Shown here: in pieces, positions 36,957 to 49,606 of the stretch | Layout of the letters: every line of letters starts with the position of its first letter | Position numbering within the stretch: position 1 is the first letter of the stretch | Translations under genes and position numbers: made by a program | Assembly: GCA_023515795.1 (NCBI GenBank) | Contig: JALGPX010000100.1 | Coordinates: 1-56,314, forward strand | Reading direction: 5' to 3' | From: Amoeboaphelidium occidentale | Taxonomy: Eukaryota | DNA: 56,314 nucleotides | Notes under the pieces: generated by a model | Databases searched by the model: none | The model's input: the letters and a program-made list of their open reading frames with translations, nothing else | Told to the model about the DNA's origin: nothing

Positions 36957-37807
36957 TTTATGGAAGAAATGTAAAATAAATCTTCTTTTAGTTTCTTGTT
37001 TTGACGTAGTGGTGATTGGGAGAATGAGAAGACTCTGTAGAAATCTTTGACTGTTCTTCTGAAGCGAGATCTTATCAAATCTTCTATTTTCTCTTCTAAT
37101 CCCATCATTCTGTCTCTAAACTGTAATAAATCACACAATGGAGGGATTCCTCCGGTGTCTGTTCCATACAATACAATATATCCTTTTGTTACAGTGTTTA
37201 CTCCTTCATACTCAGATAAATCAGTATAGAATTTCAAACAATCTTCAACATCATCCTTCATCATACTTTTAGTTGTTGTTATGAATGATGGTATTTCAAT
37301 AGAAGTATTAGTTATGACGTCATCATCTTGTTCTTGTTTACATCTTGCACAATTACACTCAAATCTTTCCTTTAGTGCATTCCTTCTATCTTTTCTATTA
37401 TAAAGTAATTCAGTAATACTCAAGTATGAACACGTGATTTCCTCGTTCTTCTTTATATTAGTAATACTTTTGAACAGTATTCTCCCTGAAATTATTGTAA
37501 AGACTGTGTTTGGTTTACAAGAGTGATTCATTCTACTTGCTACAGGAAAGAGATATGCTTTACTTTTACTGTAATCATAATGAGCATTAGTCTTTATAAT
37601 ATTTCTAAATTTCTGTAGATTCCATTCCTTTGAATTGTCATAATGATCGTGTAATTCCATAATCTTTGTAGTTATTTCTGTTGGTATTCTCTCATATACA
37701 TCTTCTTCTGATTCTCTACTAATGTCCCACTGTATTAGGGAATCTTCTTGGTGTATCACTGTATTGAATGGAATATCCTCATCATCATCATCATCATCAT
37801 CATGATC

Positions 37808-37883
<76 letters not shown>

Positions 37884-37898
37884 NNNNNNNNNNNNATC

Positions 37899-37963
<65 letters not shown>

Positions 37964-38009
37964 CAATAAGCGCGTAATAATCGTCTTTAATTTTTTGTAT
38001 TTTGAACAT
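36953..38009 (-). CDS. SET-domain (SMYD/Set5-like) lysine methyltransferase
   Basis: LFPVASRMNHSCKPN, EEITCSY, FECNCARC; ATG 38009 followed by a poly-Thr (ACT)n tract with an N gap. Confidence 0.8.
37808..37963. repeat. (AGT)n microsatellite encoding poly-Thr in the SET gene
   Basis: Long perfect AGT runs on both sides of an N gap. Confidence 0.95.
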
Positions 38010-38033
38010 TCTTGAAAAAAGAAACAGAAAAAG

Positions 38034-38726
38034 ATGATATTGAAGATTACTGCATTGAGTAAAGAAACAAGGGAAATATTGGAAAGAGAAGCAGAGTTTG
38101 TTAAGCCACTGATGTTGAAGAGAAAGTGGGTTGTTGAAGAATTACAAGAGTTCATCCCAACTTCTGAAAGTAAAAGATTGTTATTGGGATTGAATGTTAA
38201 TAGGGGTAAAATAGTCAAGATTAGAATGAGACAATTTCCTCCTCTTCATAATGTTTTGTTTGAGTTGGTGGATATTATTGGTACACTGTTGCATGAATTG
38301 GTTCATTGTAGTATATCTGATCATAATGATGCATTCTTCAAATTATTGGATGAACTATGGGAGGAGTATTATGAAGAGAAGGAAAGGAAGTTGAGATTAG
38401 CCGGATTATTAGTAGGTGGAGGAGATATTGAAGTGTTTGCTGGTAGAGGTTATCGTTTGGGTGATTCTACAAAATTAAAAGTGTTTGCTGGTAGAGGTTA
38501 TCGTTTGGGTGATTATGATAATGGTGGTTCTTGTCTACAGATTTCTGCGAGGGATAATGCAGTCAATGCGGCATTAAAGAGACAGCAACAGCAACAAGAT
38601 CTTAAGAGTAATACTCTTACTGATAAGGAAGACATTGTAGTGTTGTGGGTTTGTAAGAATTGTACTCTGAATAATGAATGGGAGCTACTCTCATGTGAAA
38701 TATGCAACACATTACGGGATATCTGA
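38034..38726 (+). CDS. WSS1: Wss1-like WLM metalloprotease with SHP boxes and RanBP2 zinc finger
   Basis: LLGLNVNRG, TLLHELVHCSISDH, FAGRGYRLG twice, WVCKNCTLNN...CEIC. Confidence 0.9.
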   Translation: MILKITALSKETREILEREAEFVKPLMLKRKWVVEELQEFIPTSESKRLLLGLNVNRGKIVKIRMRQFPPLHNVLFELVDIIGTLLHELVHCSISDHNDAFFKLLDELWEEYYEEKERKLRLAGLLVGGGDIEVFAGRGYRLGDSTKLKVFAGRGYRLGDYDNGGSCLQISARDNAVNAALKRQQQQQDLKSNTLTDKEDIVVLWVCKNCTLNNEWELLSCEICNTLRDI

Positions 38727-38807
38727 AGTTATTTGGTTGATGATGCAGTTGTTGTGTCTCTTTATACTCTTTACGAGACTCTGTTTTCAATAAATCATAC
38801 GAAACTC

Positions 38808-40951
38808 ATGATTGCTCAGACAACTTCAACTCCAGCAGTACCAGCAGTAGCAGAACAAGATTCCTTAAAGCAAAAGTATAAACTTATTACTGGAAAGCTA
38901 ATCGTTGTAGCCCCACTGCAACTTCTTCAAAGTCTGCAGATTGGGTTCAGTTGACGGATCCACAGAATGGAAAGCCATTTTATGCAAATACTGTGACTGG
39001 TATACTTTTAAACATAAAGGTTATTAAATATTTTATTCTGTAAAGGAGAGTATTCATGGGATAAGCCAATAGGATTCTCAGAAGGTGGGGAAGGAGTAGC
39101 AGATGGAGGAATGTAAGGATTTCTATTTGAGAGTTTGGAGTATTTAATTCTATTCTTTTCAATAGTAATCACTCAGCTACAATCGCAGAATGGTGGGAAC
39201 TGTTTGATGAAGGACATCAATTGCCTGTAAGTTTTCATTGCTTCATTCCGGTGAAGTTGTCAGAACAGAATCTTATCTTCTTATCGATCTTGGTTGTTGT
39301 GTAGTACTTTTATAATACATCCACAAAGCAGACAGAATGGATCAGGCCAGAAGGAGTATGTATAGTGAATCTGAGTATGGTTCAAAAGATGGCTGGATCA
39401 GATGGGTTTCCATTGGATTTGAGTGGAAGTTCTAGCACAGCAACTAAAGGAAATGTTCAGGCTGAAACTGCTGCTACTCCTACTACTCCTGTTGCGCCTG
39501 CTAATTCTACTTATCCAAAAGCCAGAGCTGCTTCATTAGCTACAGTTCCCGTTGCAGAATCATCAATGTCTGGAAATTCAGGAAATGGTGGTACTTCTAC
39601 TACTACTGCTGCTGCTGGTGGTGGTCTCAGTCCGGTGGTTGAAAGGAAATTGACTACTTCTCAGCCGTTGCATGGTCAACAAGTTAATTCACCTCCTCTG
39701 CAACATCAGAGATCTTTGCCTTTGGGTTTGAAGAATGAGATTAATCAGTTCAAATTGGAAGGATTTGCTCAAAAGTATTTCTCTACACACAAGAAGGGAA
39801 TATTCAGAAAGAAGGTACCAGTGGAGAAGATGTTGGCGTTTAGCAAGGTAATCTATAATCGAGTTGTTTGAATTGATTGATTGTTTTAGGATGCTATTCC
39901 TTTGCCCTTGATGAAATTGAATCCTGATTTGCACAAGGATGCTTTAAAGAGTTTCAAGTGTGTACAACGAGCAATGGGTGACAGACAGACAAAGAAGACT
40001 ATTAGTGAAGAAATTCAGGAATTATGTGCTAGTGGTATAAATCACGGTGAGTTGCGTGATGAGATTTACTGTCAGATTGTTAAACAATTGACAAAAAATC
40101 CAAAACAGGAATCTGTGTATAGAGGATGGGAAATAATGGCTACAATGGTTGTTACTTTTCCTCCATCAAAGAATTTCGAGCAGTACTTGGTGGGATTCAT
40201 TGCTGATAATTGTCACTCTAGTGATGAAAAGATTTCTACTTTTGCAAAACACTGTGCTGTGAAACTGGAACGTATCTCCAAGAAGGGACCAAGAGGAAAA
40301 GTGCTAACAATACCTGAAATTGACAGAGCAAGAGAAGCTGCATTCCAGCCATCAGTATTTGGTGAGAGTTTGGGAGATGTTATGGATGCTCAGCGAGAAA
40401 AGTATCCAGACAGGAAACTGCCATTCATTTTAACTTATTTGGCTAATGAAATACTGAGACTGAATGGAACAAAGACTGAGGGAATATTCAGAGTGCCAGG
40501 AGATGCTGATCACGTTACTGATTTAAGACTGCGCTTGGAAAAGGGAAAATACGATATGACTGGTATTACCGATGCATCTGTGCCGGGATCTCTATTGAAG
40601 TTCTGGTTGAGAGATTTAACTGATCCAATAATTCCACATGAACTTTACCAGTACTGTATCACTAATGCAGAGAATACCGAGAAGACTATAGAAGTTCTTG
40701 AAAGGTTACCAGAACACAATAAGAATGTTTTAATGTATCTGATTAATTTCCTGCAGATTGTTGGAGCTCCAGAGAATCAGGCTGCTACTAGAATGAGTGT
40801 TAATAATATTGCCATGGTATTCGCTCCTAATGTACTGCGATGTCCATCAGAGAATTTACAAGTAATTCTTGAGAATACAAAATATGAGCAGGCATTCGTT
40901 AGGACTTTGATCAATGGATTGAAAACTGATGCTTTTTATACAATGCAGTAA
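38808..40951 (+). CDS. WW-WW-MyTH4-RhoGAP protein (ARHGAP39-like)
   Basis: Spliced WW domains (DWVQLTDPQNGKPFY; EWWELFDE), MyTH4 LRDEIYCQIVKQLT, RhoGAP EGIFRVPG; several introns. Confidence 0.9.
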
Positions 40952-40981
40952 TAAATCGTGGAATTTCTATTTACGTTGCTG

Positions 40982-42308
40982 TTACATTATGCCGGAATCT
41001 TTTAGTGAATTCTTGATAAGAGTATCTTTGACAGCAGAGAAAACTATACGGACTACAAAATTAGGACTTTCTTCGCGACAGATAAAAAATCTTACTTTGA
41101 CTCGTGTCTGTTGCGCATGTCAAATGAGGATACAACATTAGATTTTGGCGGTTNNNNNNNNNNNNGACTACAAAATTAGGACTTTCATCGCGACAGATAA
41201 AAAATCTTACTTTGACTCGTGTCTGTTGCGCATGTCAAATGAGGATACAACATTAGATTTTGGCGGTTCACTTGTTTGAATCTCCATAGCATGAATTTTG
41301 AAGCTTTCGTAAAATCATCATCGCCTAATCGGGGAGTTAAAAGTATCAAACCATCACAAAACTCATACCTGCGTATTCTGGAAAGTATTTTGATAATGGA
41401 GCTCGATTTAGCTTCTCTTTGAATAGATCAATCTTATTCAGGAATAATATAATGGATGCTTTCAGGAACCATTTACTATTCACGATCGACTCAAACAACA
41501 CCAAACTCTCAACCATGCGATTTTGGGAAGCATCTTCAAGCAAAACCTGATCATACTCACTCAATGCAACGACAAATATAACTGAAGTAACACCCTCAAA
41601 ACAATGTATCCATTTCTTCCTCTCTGAACGCTGACCCCCAACATCAAACATGTGTATATTCAGCTTATCTATCGAGAATTTCGTCTCTGTGATGCCCGTT
41701 GATTTAACTCGAGATCTCAGAACATCATCTTCTGTAGGTATATAATCTGCAGCAGCTATTCTTTCGATGTTCTCAAAGAAATATATTGCTGAGTCCATTA
41801 TATAAAATTCGTTTGTTCTTTGTAGTGCGTCTTGTGCTGCTTTATCCATCCATACAGCTTTGATCATCGATGCACACTCTGGATCTACGCTTACTTGAAG
41901 CATATCCGATGATACGCACTTTGCCTTCAGTGCATCAAATTGTGCTTTGACCTCTGGATTCTGAATCTGTAGACCAAGCTTATCTATGCCGTCAATAAGA
42001 CTCTTTGCCGATTCCATCACGTTCTTATGGATAGCTGGTTTGAACTCTGCCAATTCTGATTGTGAGTATCCATTCATGTGTATGATCTTCATTTGTTTCG
42101 CGATTGTACTCTTTCCAGATTCACCAGCACCTACAGACATACACGAAAATTAACTTTGTCCTACTTTATCCGTATCATTGTTACCAAGTAGCAGTATCTT
42201 TAGATCTTTGTTCTGTGAAGCTTTCTTACGCTCATCATGCAAGTACTTATCGATTGCTTCGGATCGTTTAGTTGTCTCCTCCGAGTCAACTGAAAAGCAG
42301 CAACCCAT
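40982..42308 (-). CDS. Heterotrimeric G-protein alpha subunit, fungal group III-like
   Basis: MGCC N-terminus, LLLGAGESGKST, DVGGQRSERKKW, NKID; C-terminal LKDSGIM; introns and a gap duplication at the 3' end. Confidence 0.92.
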
Positions 42309-42505
42309 TATATATCCACGTTTTCTACAAAAGAGAGAGCCTTGAAGTTTTTAATATCACCGAGATGATTTGTGTTCTATTTATAAACAGACACCTCGTT
42401 GGTGCGACATTAGTCGATCTTAGTCATCGAACATTTTACCGTACAGACACAGACTGACTTTAACTTTCTATTTAATAACCTAAGTTTAAGCGTATTTCTT
42501 TACGA

Positions 42506-43287
42506 TTACAAGTTATCTAGAAGTGCTTCTTTTAATTCAGTAACAATCGCAGTAGGTTGAGCATCTTGAAGTTTAAAGATACTTTCAATAACAGCGATTT
42601 CGGTACTTGTCGTGTCTAAACCAGCAAATGCACTCCAGTCGTTGACTACCAAACCACCACCGATTAAATCTGAACCTCGATTCACAGTTCCAGCTACAAG
42701 TGGAATCTGAAGTAACGATGAAAGTTCATCTTGCTCCTGTACAGTAGTTCGTGGATGCACTAAACCACCCTGATTACTTAGAACAGCGTAACTGCCAACC
42801 AAGACATTATTGGCTACAGTCTGTCTGAATACTTCAACTTTTAAAACATCAGCGATAATTTCTTCAGTTTCTCTGTCGATATCTGGATGAACAAGGGCAA
42901 CATAGTCATTGCAAGCGATTACATTTCCCAAAGCGGATAGCCTTTCTTCAATTCTCTGGATAGCAACTGATTCTGGTAAAGAATTTCTTAGGTGCTGAAG
43001 CTCTTGATCAGTCGTCGTATTCGGTACCAATAAACCATGACGATTTCCAACTGTAAGTCTCCCAATAATACGCGTCCCTGCGATAGAAGTATGAACAACA
43101 GGAATCTGTTCAGCTAATTCTCCTTCGAAAACGCTGTAAAAGTTTTCTGAACCACCAATAGCCACAAGACAGTAAGAATTAGTTAGCTTTGAGAATACGC
43201 CTATTTCGTTGCTGTTTTCAAATTGTGCGCCTAAAAAGTAATGAATTAGTCGTGTTTCTTGAGAGTATCAGTCTTACGGACTGCCAT
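42506..43287 (-). CDS. TIF6: Eukaryotic translation initiation factor 6
   Basis: [23 protein letters not shown] with a short first intron; highly conserved body. Confidence 0.97.
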
Positions 43288-43430
43288 TTAGAATAATTTT
43301 TTTCAAGAGAAAATTTGTTGAATTTTTTGGTTCGAGTTTCAGATGACGAAGCAGAAGTACCATGGCAACGAGAGATAAAAATAGACACATTACGTAGAAA
43401 CTTGACTTCTTAGCATTTTGAATTCGGATT

Positions 43431-46400
43431 ATGATCTTGAGACTTTTTGCTCTTCTCTTGTGCTTTCAAGTTGCTAGTTGTGACCTAATTAAAGGGTTTG
43501 TAAAAGGATTCTATGCTGGAGGTAATAATCATCGCTACCAAAGTTAACAATGTCTTCCAGATAATGCTGACGTGATCTATACATCTGCAGTGTATGGGAA
43601 TTCCATCTTTTTGGCTGTGGGGTCTGATGTAATCGAAAGAGATGTTGATACCGGTCGAGTTGTTAGAACCATCAAAGGTCTGTCATCCTTCTCGCTTTTG
43701 TCATACTCAAACCATTTGTAGGACATAGCTCTAATGTATTTGCACTCGCAATATCATCAAATATCCTTCTATCTGGAGGTGCTGGTTCCTTGCTGATTGC
43801 TACTGATCTAGACACCGGTAATACTATATGGGTTTTGAGACCTCAAGCTGCTGACTCCGAGATCTACTCTCTATGCGCCCATCAAGGAATTGTATATGCT
43901 GGATTAGCTGATGGAAGCGTCCGTAGTTATGTTGCTACAACTGGTTCACCGCGAAGACAGTTTACTGGAACGCATTATAATGCAGTTGTTACAATGGTCG
44001 CTGCCAACGGTAATTTGTACACAGGCTCTTTAGATAGTACCATCGGCAAATGGGATCTTGGTGCAGGAACCATTGAGCAAGTATTAGAAGATCATGATGG
44101 TCCTGTTTACAGTCTTGCTTTTGATGCTGGCGGTTCCCTCTACAGTACCAGCGAAGATGGCATGACCTTGAAATGGAATACTGAAACCGGAGAAATTATA
44201 ATGAATTATCAAAAAGGAAACTTCATTGCGACCATCTTGTGTGTTGGCGATGGTGTTTTATATGTTGGTCTCGAAAATTCTGAGATTCTGGTTCTGAACA
44301 CTACTGATGGTGATCTGATCACGAAGCTTGAAGGACACACATCTGAGGCTTATGCGATGACTTTAACACAAGAATACTTGTACACCAGTAGTACAGATAT
44401 GTCAACAATTAAATGGGATCTAAACACCAATACTATGGTTTCTCGTCTTGAAGGTGTTAATTCGGCATTATTCACGGTGGCCGCAAACGCAGACTTCTTC
44501 TTTACTGGAGGTAACAATGGCTTGAAGAAATGGAAAAGAGGAATGGGAAATATCTTACCAACACCAGTTTACAGCAAGTCATCTCATAATGATGGTGTAT
44601 CAGCAATGGAACTGTACCAGAATACTTACTTTACTGGACACTTTGATGGATATGTCAGAAGATGGAATGCAACTTCAAATGAGATAATCTATGAATTCAA
44701 GGCTCATAATGACTCTATTAATGATATTTGCATTAGCGGGCTGTACCTATTCACTGCATCAGAAGACGGGTTTGTTCGAAAATGGAGAATAAGTGACGCT
44801 CAAGTAATGGCTTCTTACACTGATGAAGAGAGTAAGTTTCATTTTTGCAATTAATTCTGGTTAGATCCTGCGCCATTTGTTTTCGTGTCTAAATCTGGAT
44901 ATAACATTATGGCTGGAACAAGTAAAAATTACATTCTGCATTATAACGGAGATACTGATGTATTAATCAGAACCATTTCTACTGGATTAAGCGGATCCCA
45001 AAGAATGTTTACCGCATATAGCTACAACACAGACTTGTATGTTGGTTTCTCAAGAGGAGTATTCATTCTTGACTATAGTTCTGACTCATCAGAGCCAGAA
45101 ACTTTGGCGACCTCAGGTTCTCCGGTTACAGCATTCTACATTGATGCCGAGAATGCTGTTTTTGGACTTCAAAATGGGGTTGTTCAACTTTCAAAACGTA
45201 GACCAGGATCACAACCTGTTGGATTTCCTGCCCATGGTAGCTCAGTCTCCGCATTTGCTACAGTTGGAGACCAGCTTTACTCTGTTGGCACAGACGGCGC
45301 AATTTATCTTTGGAGTTTATCCTCTTTAAGGCCATCTTTCTACTATTATGATCGAACCACTTCTTCTATCGCTCTTGCTGTCAACCAAAATTATGTGGTT
45401 TCTGCACAACAAGGAGGAAAATTGGAACTATTTGATTCGAATACGGCGAAATTATCTAAGACCGATGAGTTTTCCAATAGCTTCATTAGTGATGCAATCT
45501 TTTTGAATGACACTCTTATCACTGGAACATCCGACGGTTCTATCGTCGCTTATGATAATTCCCTCGCCAGAAAGATTACCAAAAAATTCGGTTCTACTGC
45601 TGTAAGCTCCTTGTTCTACTTTGAGAACTCAGTTTTCATTGGATTTTTGGATGGCATAATTCTTAGGAGTGACAATTCTTTGAATACGACAATATCAGAA
45701 TACTCTTATCCTGCTGCTTTATCCGCAATATACGCTCACGATGGATTTCTGTTTGCTGGAGGAGCAGACTCTACTATTGTGCAATATGCACTCGATTCAG
45801 GACTATTAGTTAGAACTCTGAACGAACACAGAGGCGGAGTTAATACTTTAACAGTTATCAGTGGTGATCTGTTCTCCGGCTCCAATGATCTGACGATAAT
45901 CCGTTGGAGGATTTCAAGTGGTACTGTTGTTCAAACCTACCAGCGCGCTCCAGGAAGTTTGGGTCACACTGGAGCAGTTACAACTATAGTCAATTGCAAA
46001 GGTTCCCTATTTTCTGGAGGAGAAGATCGTGTCGTTTATCGTTGGGCTTTAGTAGAGGGCCAACCGATTAACGCCTTGACTGGACATACAGGCAAGATTA
46101 ACAAGTTGGCTTGTTTTGATGGACTTATTTATTCTGCCTCTGACGATGGAACTATTCTTCAATGGAATCCTGATCTTGGTGATTATGAAGAATATTATCC
46201 AGAAACAAACTCTGGGATAACAGAAACAGCAACTGCATCGGAAAGAGATGCTCCATCTTCTTCAATCTCTACATCTCGCACAGGTGATCTCGGTCAGAGT
46301 CAAAACGGCAGTCAAATTGGAATCGAAGTAATCGCAGTGATTGCAGCTGTTGCAGGTATTGTCGTATTGGCTGTTATCGCTATTCTAGTAAAGTACTACT

Positions 46401-46480
46401 TGAATACCAGAAAAGCTGCCGCAACACTTGATACCACTGTTGGAAATACTACAACGAAGTTTATGTCCCTCGAGGACTAA
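43431..46480 (+). CDS. Type I membrane protein with extracellular WD40 propellers and a short cytoplasmic tail
   Basis: Signal peptide MILRLFALLLCFQVASC, many GH...WD-type repeats, S/T-rich stalk, TM IEVIAVIAAVAGIVVLAVIAILV, ~26 aa tail; three introns. Confidence 0.85.
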
Positions 46481-46537
46481 AAGGATACTTAAAACTGCCG
46501 AATAAAAGAATAACAAATTATATACATTTAATTCTTA

Positions 46538-47657
46538 TTAAGGAGCTACGCTTTTACCGTGAAACTCTGAAACTTCAGAAAATGTCATGCTCTTCCAAGT
46601 ATCAATTGAGAGATCTGTGTTTGTGAATGACCAGTCAAAAGGTATTTCCGCAACAGGCTAAAATGTAAAAAGGCGACTAAAAGAATATCTTACCTCTTCC
46701 GCGTCGTGATATTGTGACAAAAATGGATGTTGCAATGCTTCTGCTGCTGTTAGACGCTTCTTCGGATCAATTACAAGCATTTTCGACAATAGATCTAATG
46801 CTTCCGTATCTTGACCAGCAAACCTCTCAGAGAAAGGCTTAGGCTTGTGCTGCGGAAGACTCTTTACAAATTTCAAAGTATTCTCACTACCAACAGTTTG
46901 CATGACACTCTCATCAGGTGTTCCCAATAGTTCTGTGATTAATTTAAACTGACTGACATGATCCTTCCCTGGAAATAGCGGTTTACCCTCCAGCATCTCT
47001 GCAAGGATACACCCAGTACTCCAGATATCAATAGCCACTGTGTACTTTTGCCATGTCAACATAATCTCTGGTGCTCTGTAATACCTAGTGGAAACATAAC
47101 CTGTCATTTGAGGATCAGTCAACCTAGCCAAACCAAAATCACAAATCTTCAAATGACAATTCTCATTAACCAAAATATTAGAAGGTTTCAAATCTCTGTG
47201 AACAACACCAGCCGAGTGAACATACTTTAGCGCGCGAAGGATCTGATAAAGGAAATATTGAATGTATTGTTTCTCCAACTTCCTGGAAGCCAACAATCTC
47301 TGTAGATCTGTTCCCAGCAATTCGGTAACAAAATAAATATCTTCACTTGGCGATATGAATACGTCATTCAGGCAGATAATGTTGTCGTGCTTCAGATACT
47401 TCAATAATTTCAATTCACGATAAGTTCTCTTTGCCAAAACAACATTCTGAAAAGGCTTAAGAATTTTCTTTATAGCGACATTTATCCCAACAATATTATC
47501 ATTAGCAGAACTATAAAATATACGTAAGCCAAAATGTTAAATCTGAAACTTACCAAACTAAACCAAAAGCACCCAAGCCAACCGGTTGCAGATTTGTGTA
47601 TCGCGAAGTCACTTCAAAAACGGAGCCAAAAACAGAAACTTTAACAAATGTGTCCAT
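46538..47657 (-). CDS. HOG1: Stress-activated MAP kinase Hog1/Sty1
   Basis: TGY activation loop ([24 protein letters not shown]), [13 protein letters not shown]; two introns. Confidence 0.96.
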
Positions 47658-47743
47658 TCCAAATTATTGCGCCTTCTTTCTGTTTGAGTCTCAACAGTGA
47701 CGTGAATCAAAAGTCGAAAATAAGTTTCATCTCAGCCGCCGGA

Positions 47744-48905
47744 ATGTTAAGAAATTTGTTACAGAGGAGATCATTCGCTGCGTTACAGGCAGGTGGAGAA
47801 AATATGACAATTGCGAGTTCTGTGTATTTGAAGAATGAACCTAAAGATGCTCTGGAGTATCTAAAACTTGGCTCATCTTCGGAAACAGCCAAAATGAACA
47901 TGTGCCAAGCTATTAATCAGACACTTGATTTGGCCCTACAGACGGATGATACTGCGACTGTATTTGGTGAGGATGTTGCATTTGGTGGTGTGTTCAGATG
48001 TACTGTTGGTCTGTTGGAGAAGTACGGAAAGCAGCGAGTGTTCAATACTCCATTGGCTGAAGGTGGTATCGCTGGTTTCGCAATTGGATACGCTTCAATG
48101 GGGCACACTGCTATAGCGGAGATTCAGTTTGCGGATTATATCTTTCCTGCTTTCGATCAAATTGTTAATGAAGCCGCAAAGTTTCGGTATCGCTCTGGGA
48201 ATGAGTTTAATTGTGGCGGTTTAACGATTCGTGCTCCTTGCTCTGCTGTTGGGCACGGTGGTCACTATCATTCTCAGTCACCGGAGGCATACTTTGCACA
48301 TACTCCTGGTCTCAAGGTTGTTGTTCCTAGGTCACCAATTCAAGCAAAAGGTTTGTTATTGGCTTCTATCAGAGATCAGAATCCGGTTATATTCCTAGAA
48401 CCAAAGATTCTGTACAGAAGTGCTGGTAAGAATTCTTAGTTTTTTCCAAAGTTTTTACATTCTAGTTGAGCAAGTTCCTGTTGAAGAGTTTGAATTGCCT
48501 CTTGAAAAGGCTGAAGTGCTACAAGAAGGAAAAGACTTGACTCTTATTGGGTATGGCTCTCAGATTTACACTTTAGAATGGGCTATGCGTCTAGCAGAGA
48601 AAGAAATGCCTGGGATATCCATTGAATTGATTGATTTAAGAACTATAATGCCACTGGATGTTGAAACAATAGTAAAATCAGTCAACAAGACAGGACGCTG
48701 CATAATAAGTCATGAAGCACCACAAACAGGCGGTTTTGCTGGTGAAGTTGCTTCAATTATCCAAGAGCATTGTTTCTTGAGATTAGAAGCTCCGGTACAG
48801 AGAGTTTGTGGCTGGGACACTCCATTTCCACTCGTATTTGAGAGATTCTATGTTCCGGATAAATTCCGTGTTCTAGACGCAATTATGGAAACTATGAAGT
48901 ATTAA
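47744..48905 (+). CDS. BCKDHB: Branched-chain 2-oxo acid dehydrogenase E1 beta subunit
   Basis: [40 protein letters not shown]; one intron near 48426-48465. Confidence 0.95.
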
Positions 48906-48937
48906 GTCATGATCGTTCAATAAATTAGGAGGGTCTA

Positions 48938-49606
48938 TTATGATATCTTTAAGAGTCTTCGCACTTTAACGGAAGATAACAACAAGTTTTGAAGTAAACT
49001 GAAACTTGATGATGTTGCCCAATAGAGATTCAGACCAGAAGGCATATTCACAGCAACTGGGAACATTATCAAGTTCAATGCAGCCAGTCCAAAATTGAGC
49101 CCAAATTTAACGCGCTTCATGTGTTGGTTCAGATATAAATTCATCAAGTTTGTAAGAGTTATGGTGAATGGAAGCAAATAAGAATCATAATCAATTAGCC
49201 GTAAATCTTTTAGCCATAAGAACGAATGTACAGTCTCTGTGGAATCTTTAGATAGTAGATCACGTATTGCCAGTGAAGATATCAGAAATACAGGAACTTG
49301 AGACAATGATAAAAACCGTAGTGAAGGCAGAGAGCTTATGCCCTGTTTAAATCTTTCTTGTTTAGCTTGACGAGACATTCTGGTCTGCTTAAGAATATTT
49401 ACCCACGGTGCAGCTTGACTTTGTAGTGCAAATGACCTTCTGAGCGTGTAAATATTCAGAGGCAGCGTTATTATCCCGCGTACAAGTACCGTGTAAGCAA
49501 TAATAGAGGATCCCAGTGAATCTGTTCTGCTACCACTTCCCGAACTGCTTTGTATTATCCGAATAAGCTCCTGAGGTCCCTTAAAAACAAAATCCAGTAG
49601 CGCCAT
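48938..49606 (-). CDS. Cox18/Oxa1-family membrane insertase
   Basis: QVPVF...AIR, FLWLKDL...YLLP, PSGLNLYWATSS motifs. Confidence 0.8.
   Translation of the reverse strand: MALLDFVFKGPQELIRIIQSSSGSGSRTDSLGSSIIAYTVLVRGIITLPLNIYTLRRSFALQSQAAPWVNILKQTRMSRQAKQERFKQGISSLPSLRFLSLSQVPVFLISSLAIRDLLSKDSTETVHSFLWLKDLRLIDYDSYLLPFTITLTNLMNLYLNQHMKRVKFGLNFGLAALNLIMFPVAVNMPSGLNLYWATSSSFSLLQNLLLSSVKVRRLLKIS

Noticed and set aside
36270..41260. Duplicated segments at N gaps 36454 (Ulp2) and 41154 (G-alpha)
   Set aside because: Same gap-flanking haplotype pattern; not real frameshifts or exon duplications.
353..48905. Genome-wide TAA/TAG reassignment to Gln
   Set aside because: Conserved genes (PIG-L, eIF6, BCKDHB, TAF5) end at TAA/TAG at the expected positions and have no internal TAR codons.
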